Shown here piece after piece: positions 36,113-46,673 of a stretch of 64,000 bases of DNA (positions within the stretch are counted from its first letter, which is position 1; each line of letters starts with the position of its first letter). Below the pieces are notes generated by a model. The model was not told where the DNA came from. It worked only from the letters and a program-made list of their open reading frames with translations, and did not search any database. This stretch comes from Chrysomallon squamiferum (Eukaryota; Animalia; Mollusca). Both the position numbers and the translations under genes were made by a program. The stretch is taken from assembly GCA_012295275.1 (NCBI GenBank), contig CM022669.1, forward strand, positions 2,790,001 to 2,854,000. Direction: 5' to 3'.

Positions 36113-39100
36113 GAGAGGTAGCTTTTTCTCAGTACAGTCAAATCATCTTTATAAAGTTTATTATTACATACAAAATTGTTCAAAAAGAAATTATAATACT
36201 TCAAAATTTATTAATTATTAATCAGTCTTTTTTTATTATGCTTTTCTTTCTTTTTTAGTTTTATTTGATCCTCTTGCAGTTTTATATTTCATTTATTATT
36301 ATTGTTGATTGAAAAAAATTGTTTGTATTTTTTAAATCTTTATTGCACAGTATGTAGATTCAGTCTTTCATGCTGTTTTCTATGCATAAAGATAAATAAA
36401 AAACTGGTTTTAATCCCAATTATCAATACTAGATTAACTAAAATATTTGTTTTGCACATAATTATTTTAGTTTGTATTTGACATTTCCAGATCATTGTTA
36501 CAGATGAATTTTGATCCTCAGAGATAAGGAAGAAAAGGAAACAAGTAACTTCATGAAGACTTAAACACTGTACCTTCATGTCATCATGTTTTGTTTTGTT
36601 GAGAACTATACATACTTCATATTTTATTTCAAATCACAAAGTACCTAAACCACTGTCATAGCTTTAACTGCTTGGAAAAAACTATATGGCAATACACTTA
36701 TTAATTAACAGAATTCATTGATGTAAATTACATCCCAACTTTATAATGTAACTAAATAAACAACACTTTGTAGTTATTAGAAGACAGAACAAGTAAAAGG
36801 TTAAATCAATATACTCCATATAAAGACACACACACATACACATATATAAATAACTAAAAATTATATAAAAAACCTTTTTTTCTTGTAGAATTTCATTTAA
36901 AATTGTAAATATGATGATAAATGTATAATGGCGCATTTTTGTTTTGTGTTTGTGGTATAATTTGAATTAGAAAATATAATGAATTGATAATAGAATTAAA
37001 ATTTCTTTGTGATGTTTGTATTGTTTAAATCATGTCTGAAAAATGAAATCCTTTTTTTCGTTCAATGTTTATTGTGTTTTTTGTCTTTAATTTATTTGTA
37101 GTGCAATAAGGTAATTATCAATATACAGATTTAAAGATTTGAGAAGTAACTAAATATTATAAAAGGTAAAATATAAGTAATACAGTTTATCTGAATGTTC
37201 ATGGGTGATTGATAATTTTCATATTTTGAAGGGTTGTGATAAGTTAACCTTGTATCAAAATTCAGGAAATTTTGTTTTGACCTGACATGAAAACATTTTT
37301 AAATAAATTATTCCTCACAATTAATTATATATGCTCATTTTATTTTTTCTCCGTAAGAACTTATTTCTTGTCAGTGTTGAACTGAAATACTCGAACATTG
37401 TTAAATGGCGTTTTCAGAATTTGTATTATTTTTATTGTTCTTGTTTTGATGATATAGTTTCGTGTCACTTGCTTGTTACCTTGCAGTGGAACTTACACAG
37501 AAATTGATTACCCAGTAAGAAATACAGATCTTAAATGGGTTTTTTAAAAATCTCATTTGTTTTGTCTATTGAGTAATTTTCCCCATATTTATTAATTTCA
37601 AAGATTATTATTTAATTACTTAAAACAATGTTTTTCAAACATTAAATTACAGATATTTGAGAGCAGATACCAAACCATGACAGTAACATGTTTTTTGAAT
37701 TTGTACACAAAAAAATGATTTATATATATTTTTTTGAGATAATAATTCGTTCTTTTTAAGATTCCTATAGAAGAATGTATGACAAAAAAAAAAAAAAAGA
37801 GTAAATAACAATGGAGTCATCTTTTGTAGTCCCTGCATGTGCTTACTGCCATTTAATAAATCATTTTGAAGTATAATGACTTGATGATATTTATGCAGAA
37901 TTTAAAAATAAATTAGAAAAAAGAAGCATTCTCATTTTCTCTTTAATGTGTTTGTTGTTGTATTTCTTTTGTTTAGAGTATTATTATTATTATTAGTGCT
38001 AGTTTTATTCTTTGTTGTGTATTTATCTTTAATTTACACTTTTGATTGTTTTAAAAATCTTTGTCTATTTTTACCTTTCTCTAAGTGATTCTTGTTGTTG
38101 ATCTATATAGATATATATTCATTTACCTTTGTTAATTTTCTTTTGATACTTTTTGTGCACATTTTTATTTTATGTTTGGGTGGTAGCTTTACAAAAAGGA
38201 AAATGTATTATTTTGTCTTGTCCTCTTGTTTTGTACAACATGTCTGTCAGTAACAACAGGATATTCTTTATGTCTAGGTAGGTTTACTATATAACAGTGA
38301 AATAAATCATTTTCTTTGCATAATGCAGAAATATTTCAGGAAGTAATCAACATGTGGGATTGTCACATTGATAAAAATCAGACTTGTCAAAAAATTAGAA
38401 ACACAGCTGGATATTAGTCTGATAATGAACACATATTGAGAGCTAGCAGTTTGAGGAATAAAATCTTAGATTTCTCTTTATAATTTCATCATAAGAATAA
38501 ATTTATTGTGATTATATGTTCTCTAAGCACAATTGTTTTTTGACTTGATGCATAATATCCTTTAGGTTTTTAGTATTTATGTCTCTGCTTTCTTCTCTAG
38601 TCATAGGAAACCTCAAAATAAGTGCTGTATCAAGGTACATTATCTGTTAAAAATGTTGTTCTTCATCACATTTTGAAAAGGTTAAAACAAAATTGTATAA
38701 CACTAATGTTAAATTTTATGTTGGTTTAAGTAGCTGAATAGTAATCATAATGTAAATAACATGATTTCCACAAAAATACATATTTCATTTACAAAATGTT
38801 TCCTATAAAATAGGCACAAATGTATTGACAAAAAATATTTAAACATTATTTCTAGGCTGGCTCTGTATGTTTTGTTAATTAATCCCCTTACTTTGCAGAC
38901 AATCCACCAAAAGTAGCTTAACTTACCAATACAACCAAAGGTGCTCTTATTTGCTCAAATACTTTGCTTTTCATTTATGGTCAGTGCTGTTTTCTTTACA
39001 AGATCAGTAGTTAGCTGAAGAAAATTATTATTGTTTTTAATTCTTAGAGAAAGATTATTGTTAGAATCATTCGATAACTGGAAAGAAAGATTATTTAAAA

Positions 39101-39392
39101 TCTCAGATAACCTAAGAGAAAGATTTTAATTTTAATTCTCAGAATTGTTTCACTGAAGATTTTTTGTCATGGCATTTCGTTTTTAGCACAATCAAAAATC
39201 TTAGAGCTTGCTGGGACTTTTTTGTTACTGTGTATATATGGTTTAATAATTATTTTTATTATTATTTTTTTTGTTTTTGTTAATTTATAAGGAAAAGCCT
39301 GATTTTAAATTTAATTTATACATGCACAGAATGTTGTCACAAAAGATTGAAACTTTTTCTGCAGATTTGTTTTTTTGTTAATTACTTTCTAA

Positions 39393-39428
<36 letters not shown>

Positions 39429-40707
39429 CTTTTTAAATTACATTTAATGTTATACATGGATTACTTTCAGCTGTTATTTTACTATTACATTTTGATTTAA
39501 TTTGAAACTTTATATTTTTCACTGTTGTACATTAAATTGGTTCTCTGGTGTAGAATATTTAAGTAATCTGGTGCATGGAATAATTTTTGTGAAAAAATCA
39601 GTATTTATTTACTAAATGTATTCATAGTTACCACCTTGTGCATGATTGTACATACATTTTTCAGTATCTTATATATTGACTCACCTATCTCTTGAATATA
39701 TTTGGTCAGCTAACTGGTTTTTAAATTATCTAAATAATGTTTATGTGGTATGGTTACGTTGTTAATCATAAAATACATTCCATAAATTGTAACATTTGGA
39801 ATTAATTTTCATTATTAGTGTCAATTTATCATAATTTTTATTTAAAAAGGTAATTCAGCATCAGTAAAATAAAAAACAAAAAAATTCTCTTTATAATTAT
39901 GGTGTTAAAAAAGTTCATTTGAGAAAAATGTTTTTTTTGATTTTTCTGAATTACATTAGTAAGATAGAAATTAACATACTACCAATTTTATCTAGCATAC
40001 ATTAGATCAGTAATAGTAACAATCTGAAATAAAAAAAAATTAACATTTGTATGCAGAAATTATCTATTTTAATATACATTTTTGTGAAATTTGAATTGTG
40101 TTAATTTCTTTGATCTTTTATTATTTCAGAATAAAATATTTCTTCAGTTTGCTTGTTCATTTATTAAATTACAAAATTTTATCCATTCTATTGTGCAGAA
40201 AATTTAATGAACATATCAGAAATTGTCCGATTTGCTTTTGTAAATTATGAAAAATACTGAATCCAAGAAATTACACATTACTTTTACTTCTTACATGTGC
40301 CAGGTCTCTCTAGAGATTAACCTACTGACTCTGAAAAATGCCATTTAAAACCATTAATGTAAAACTATTGAAAATATTACACAAATTAATGTTTGGATAA
40401 TTTTAAAAAGGTTATCAGAAAATGCTTTAAACAGGTTGAAGTTATTTTAGGATAATTCAGATAAAAAGCCAATAAATATTTGTTAATATAGGATTCTTGT
40501 TTTTTTTTCAAAAATAAAAGAAAAATTTAAACTATAAACCTTTTCCTTATTGCTATAGAAGAATTACTATGTAAACCTGTAAGATATGAATATGTTTGTA
40601 AAAGAAATTCAACAACAAATTCAATTCGGATTTATTTTTGCTTTATTATATCTTTCTGTCAGTCCAGTTATTTTTTTCATTTAAACTGGTTTTCACCAAG
40701 TTCTGTT

Positions 40708-43700
40708 CTATTTAACGGTAGTTTTTTTTTTCCCCTTTGTTGTGGTCTTGGATTTTTTTGCTGTTTTTCTAGCTTTCTTTTCAGCTCTCTTTAGAGCAGA
40801 TTTGCTCTTGGGTGGCTTGGGGATGGGTGTCTTGATCTATAATAGATAGCAGAAATAATTAATATATTATACATACAAAAGTTCTGTCTGCTAAATACAC
40901 AAAGTACTTTACAAGAGAAAAGACTAATGACAATTGGTCTAGAGTTTGAACTCTTATAATACATTCATTAGATATTAATAGAAAATGGAAAGTGTAACTA
41001 AGAACTTATTTTCTTGGATTAAAAAAATGATAAACAAAAAAGCAAAACAACTTTATAATAAATGTAAAAAAAAACCGAACTGTTATGATCAGCTCTTATA
41101 ATAAAGATTAAGTTTCTTCTGTTCATAACATAACACAAATATTCTGATAGCTGTAGAAAAAAAAATGTGTTAATATAGAAACTTCATGTTCAATATTAAC
41201 ACTGATTTTCTTGTTCTTCCCCTATGATTAACTAAGTTGAATTTTATAAATGTTTACTTACACCACGCTTTTTATTCAGCTGCAGCAATTTGGTGTATTT
41301 GCGTTTGGCTTCAATCTGAGCGGCGACTCTCTTCTGCACCAAAGCATATGGATTGAGACGAACCATAACACGATAATTTTTCAGAGGATTCTTTTTCAGA
41401 ACTCTTCTCTTAGTTATTCGTCTGAAAGATGAAATTTATTTTATGAATAAACATAACTAAGTACAGTATAATGCTGATAAATTATAACTGAGCACAGTGG
41501 TATTAAAAGCTGGATTAAACTATCAATGACTTTGATTAACTATTAATGAACTTAATCAAATCCAAAAAGGTATCATGTAGTTCTGTTCAAATTAAAGGAT
41601 TCAGTAAAGTCAATTTAAAATTTGTAAATTAATGTCATATGATCCAAATAGGTAATTAAGAAATACATTCAGTAATGGCTCTAATAACAAATGAATGATT
41701 TAGTTAATACAGCAAACTCCTTTGGTTGTCTTAACTGAACTAAACACATTTTAAAAGTATACATACACTGGAGGTCTTAAAGCAGACTGTATTTCATCAC
41801 TCTTCAGAAGTCTTGATAAATCTGTATTGGTCATTTTTCTCATAGGTAAACTGTAAATAGTAAAAAGAAGATTATTCAAGAATTCAAAAAAGAAAAAGAT
41901 CAAAGCACATTTTGTGTAAATGTAATCTGGATAAAACTGAAATATTTCTGGTCACAAGAAAAAAATTACAAAAAAAAACAAAACAATATGGACATCAGGT
42001 TTTTTTTTTTTTTTATTGAAACAAACAAGATTAGATACATTTTAAAATTAATTTAGCAGTTAATTTCATTCAATTCAATCTTTAACATTTGTTTACTTCT
42101 GTACTAATTTTTTTTAACAAAGTTAAACTGTTACCCTGCAGAAGTATTCCAAACCGTTATTAAACATACTTGTAATTAGTTTTCTTGACAGAACCCTTTT
42201 TCCAGGTACCATATAAGCCATCCAGTTTTCGGAATGCTGATTCAGTCCAAATACAAAATCGGCCAACATGTCCACCAGGTGCAATGCGAAGCAGATTCAA
42301 ACGGGACACATTGATGAGAGTTATGCCTGAAAGAAACATCAGTTATATTACACACAAATTAATATTGGCAAGATTTTCTAATATTTGAGTAACTGGCAAA
42401 ATTTACGTACTGGTTATTAATGAAAACATCGTCGAGTTCAGAAATAGTTCCAACAGATATTTAATCTTCAAACCAATGAAAAATAGGGATATAAATGACA
42501 ATTCTTAAATTTATTTTTTGCTGAAATCAGTATTGGAAAGTATTTTCACTTTTCTCAACAACACGGACCAATATCATCATCATTCTGCAACAAAGTATCT
42601 TCAGTAACTTTAAAACCAATTAAACTCAACTCTTGGAGTTGGTAGCCAGTAGCTGGGCAACATAAACAATATTTATCTTGCTTAAGCTGGATTTATAGAA
42701 AGTTTTAATCAGCAATAATATGTCAAATATTTATTTGAATTTCATATTTACTAATAATAGAGCAACAACTTCTCAGTCCCAGTCAATTTAAAGGCACATA
42801 TTGACATTACAATAGGGAGTACATTTCTGGATGAACTAAATTATCTAAACCAACTCGGTCACATCTTACATCTCAGTTTTGTCATTTGTACAGACATTAA
42901 AAAAAAATAAAAAATAAAAAATAAGAAAGGAGTATGAATTAAAACAAATTTCAAGTAATATTTAGATATTATGTAGTTGTAGAAAATGTACTGCCAGTGA
43001 GAAATATACATAAAAAAAATACAGGTTTTGTTGAAATCAGTATTGGAAAATATTTTCATTGTTCTCAACAACACGGACCAATATCATCATCATCCTTCAA
43101 CAGAAAAAAACCTTTAGAAATTATTGTTTTGTAGAATCCTAGGAAGTCAAAATTCTAATCTAAAGACAAATCAATTTTGTTACAGCAGCAGCTGAGAGGA
43201 AGGAAAAAAAAAACACCAGAGGAAAAAATGCTCAAATTCTAATGCCTTTAGTCAGTTTGTTTACTCACCTAAATTACAAGATTAATTAGTTACCATCCAA
43301 AGCAAATCTTGTGCATTTTCTAGTATACTGTATGGCTTTATATATGAATAAATATATAATTTTGAAAAAACCCCAGGTTGGCCAAATGTTTCATATCTCA
43401 GTAACACATTTAATAAAAATATCTTGAATTTGTATTCTTGACAAGACAGCAGCAGAAAAAGGTTATACTGGTTACCTATTCAGCATATTTTAACACCAAC
43501 TTTCTTTTAGTTTACAAAACTCTAATACACATTTACTGCTGAGAATAATAATTAAAAAAGAAACAAATAAAATAATTATAATCAATTACAACTTAAAAGA
43601 ACTTAATATTTTGTTGAAGTCAGTATTGGAAAATATTTTCACTGTAATCAACAACACGGACCAAGTGTCATCATCATCCTTCAACAAATGTCTCTGAGGA

Positions 43701-45523
43701 CACAAATTTATTATATAATAAAATGTACTAAGAAAAACAAACCTGGAATATTTCTGAATGCTCGTGTTATTCCATCATCTTTGTTGTAAATAATAAGAGG
43801 ACCTCTTCTTTGAATTCTGCGGCGATTCCTCATTTTTCCCTTTCCTGCTCTGAATCTCTTGGAATTGTAAACCTATAAAATACTGTGCTTTATTGAATTC
43901 ATTTGTAAAATGAAAATAAGATAATTATCTATGACTGAAAACTATGACTTAAAAGTTGTTGCATTTTGAAGGAAACATTCAACTTTAAAGAATTTAAAAT
44001 GAATGGCTGAAAGAATGTTTGTATTTTGAGCGCATGTGCCAACCTTCTGAATATCAGACCAAGCCTTGACACGTTTCAACAGAGCGACAGCTTCCTTAGT
44101 TTTCTTGTATTCCTGAACTTTGTCACTCACTACCAGAGGAACTTCTGGAGTCTCCTCAATGCGGTGTCCTACAAATAGTAATTTAAAAAATGGTTAAAAT
44201 ATACTGAAATGAAAACCATTAATTTTAAAATATAAAAGTGTCAATTTATAGTTTTCAGAATGACTAAACTAAAATATGTGAACTTTCACATTATTTTATC
44301 AATGCACGACACAAATAAATTCCAAACCTTTTGACAAGACAATAGCTGGAATTCCAGTTGCAGCAATAGCAGAGCACATAGCATATCTACGTTGATTGAC
44401 ATTAATCTTGCGGTGCCAGCGACGCCATGTTTTGGTAGGAGCAAACATGCGACCACCACGGCACATATTTCCAAATGCTCCCTGGCCTGAGCGGTGAGTA
44501 CCACCACCTCGCACACGAGGGATACGAGCAACAGCTCGTCCAGTACCCCATGACTCAGCTGATGTCTGGTGACCTGAAGAGAGAAAAGGTAGCAAAATTC
44601 ACTCAAAATAAATGTATACTAAATATATCCTGAATATATTAGTCTTTTAATATATATATTTTTAAATATATTAAACTGATAAATTTAAAGAAAAGTCTGT
44701 CCAAATCAGGAAATGCAATTACAGATTTTATCATTTTATCATATACAGAGCTGCAAGTTATGAGAACAGTTATTACCAGCTTTTTCAGACACTGCATAAG
44801 GATGCTGGGTATTCTTCATCATTTGGAAGTGGACAAAGTTGACGATATCTGGCCGAATTGGAGCACGGAACACAGCTGGCAATTTTATGTTTTTACCAGA
44901 GGCATCGCCCTTCTCCGTATAAATGGAAATGAGTGGTCTTGCGGCCTAGAAAAAAACAACAAAAAAAACCCCACTTACGTGTCTTAGTGTTTCCATTTAG
45001 ATAACAATTTTTTTTTTTCTTTTTAAAAGTAAAGTTCTGTTGAAGTCAGTATTGGAAAATATTTTCATTGTACTCAACAACACGGACCAATATCATCATC
45101 ATCCTTCAACAAGTACAGCATAGAAATTAGAATGATATATTTAATATTACAATTTACCGAAAATTTAATTAACACATTTATCTAACATGTTCAAAATAAT
45201 ACTCTTTTAATGGTGTATTAAATGATACTTATTTACGGATATTCCCGACAATAACACATTTATCTACCATATTCAAAATAACAGTATATTAAATGATACT
45301 TATTTACGTATATTGATAATATTCCCGGCAATATGGCGTTAGCAAACTCAGTAAATGAGCAAGTAAATCATTAACAAACGTATAGATGATTCCTCAGTGT
45401 AATTTATTAAATCATAAAATATACCTTTTGCTTGAATTCACATTTTATTATCTTTCAAATTCATATATGAAATAAAATCAAAGCTTAAACAGTAATAATA
45501 TATAAAGATAAAAATGTTACCAT
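40708..45523 (-). CDS. RPL4: 60S ribosomal protein L4 (uL4), 9 coding exons; exon 1 codes only the ATG
   Basis: complement join of 45521..45523, 44777..44945, 44328..44573, 44044..44168, 43743..43872, 42170..42326, 41767..41850, 41262..41421, 40708..40836. Motifs [60 protein letters not shown] and a Lys-rich tail. Confidence 0.97.
42518..42590 (-). ncRNA. SNORD18: Box C/D snoRNA, U18/SNORD18-like (copy D, RPL4 intron 5)
   Basis: Box C ATGATGA, guide TTGGTCCGTGTT (antisense to conserved 28S AACACGGACCAA), D' TTGA, box D CTGA, imperfect terminal stem ttgcagaa/ttcagcaa. Confidence 0.8.
43029..43102 (-). ncRNA. SNORD18: Box C/D snoRNA, U18/SNORD18-like (copy C, RPL4 intron 5)
   Basis: Same boxes and guide; terminal stem tgttgaa/ttcaaca. 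Confidence 0.85.
43611..43687 (-). ncRNA. SNORD18: Box C/D snoRNA, U18/SNORD18-like (copy B, RPL4 intron 5)
   Basis: Same boxes and guide; terminal stem ttgttgaag/cttcaacaa. Confidence 0.85.
45038..45111 (-). ncRNA. SNORD18: Box C/D snoRNA, U18/SNORD18-like (copy A, RPL4 intron 1)
   Basis: Same boxes and guide; stem tgttgaag/cttcaaca; about 90 nt upstream of the exon 2 acceptor. RPL4 is the known vertebrate host of U18. Confidence 0.88.
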
Positions 45524-45564
45524 CGTGTTAATTTTTCTGACCGCGTGTTAACAAGGCTCGGAGT

Positions 45565-45576
45565 AAAAGGAAGAGC
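45565..45576 (-). promoter_or_regulatory. TCT initiator / 5'TOP tract of RPL4
   Basis: Minus strand gCTCTTCCTTTT about 45-50 nt upstream of the ATG, typical of ribosomal protein gene starts. Confidence 0.8.
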
Positions 45577-46358
45577 ACTTTACAGGGCGTAGTAATATCG
45601 CTAAATTGTGGAAAAGATTGGAACACATCCCCGAACTTTAAATCACAGAAAGATGCGGTTTCGGACTTTATGTTAAAGATCAATTTGAAATCACTATCTC
45701 GTACAAGTATTATATAATAATAATAATAATAATACCATCACCACCACCATAGATATATTTGTAATTTAAATATTATTTAGTTTTCTTTAATAATAATGAA
45801 ATAATAATAACGGAAAAATAATAATGTGCCTTATAAAATAAAATAATTATGATAATTATTTCTATATGATTTTGAGCATGTATTCTTATCTTATTGCAGT
45901 TGTTGATGAAACAATGAAATATGTAAATGAAATATTTCTTTTTTAATTTCAATTTCTAATTATTTTATTTTATAAATTCGGTATCTACATCTTATTTAGC
46001 ATTATTATTATTTGTCATTTGATAATCAATATATAATGTATCTCAGAGATTAGCTAAACCACATATTGTAAACATTTTAAAAATAAACACACATAATCAT
46101 TTAATTCTTCAAATAATTCATGGGAACTATTTCATTGAGGAACTTAATCGAGCTGTCTTAAAATACAGCCCTATAAAGGTATAAGGTGAAGGTCAGATAA
46201 ACTTTATGACCTGGCGGATATTCGACTAAACTGATGGTATCAGTCCATAAAAACAAAGTTGCAGTCTAGAATGTTTATCGTCTTGACTTCTAATTTAAAA
46301 AAAAAAAAAAAAAATAAATGATTTGAAGATATATAATCCTTCGGCATCTAAATAGAAG

Positions 46359-46617
46359 ATGTTACATGAACTGTTGCTAGCATTATCTGGCCATGCAGGT
46401 GGTTTATTCAAAGATTCAGGAAATGGCATTAAAGTAAGAACAAACACTGAAACAGTGTGAGTGTCTGAATCTCGTGAAGGCATGACGTTATTTGAAATTG
46501 AATTAATAATTATTTACTAATTTATTATACAGTTTACAATTTATTTTGGAATATCAAATGGTTTTAGCGAGATAACAGCAACAGCAGAACACCTAAAACG
46601 AACCATCACAATAATGA

Positions 46618-46673
<56 letters not shown>

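Noticed and set aside
40837-41766. Searched the other RPL4 introns for a U16/SNORD16-like snoRNA
   Set aside because: No convincing box C, box D and guide combination was found by eye; an Rfam search is needed to exclude it.
44973-44978. GTAAGT donor-like site on the minus strand just before the RPL4 exon 2 acceptor
   Set aside because: It is only about 30 nt from the AG, too short for an intron.
44760-44987. Plus-strand ORFs antisense to RPL4 exons (also 41250-41432 and 42185-42388), and antisense ORFs over KSR3, POLI and FAM174 exons
   Set aside because: They are shadows of the real coding exons on the opposite strand.
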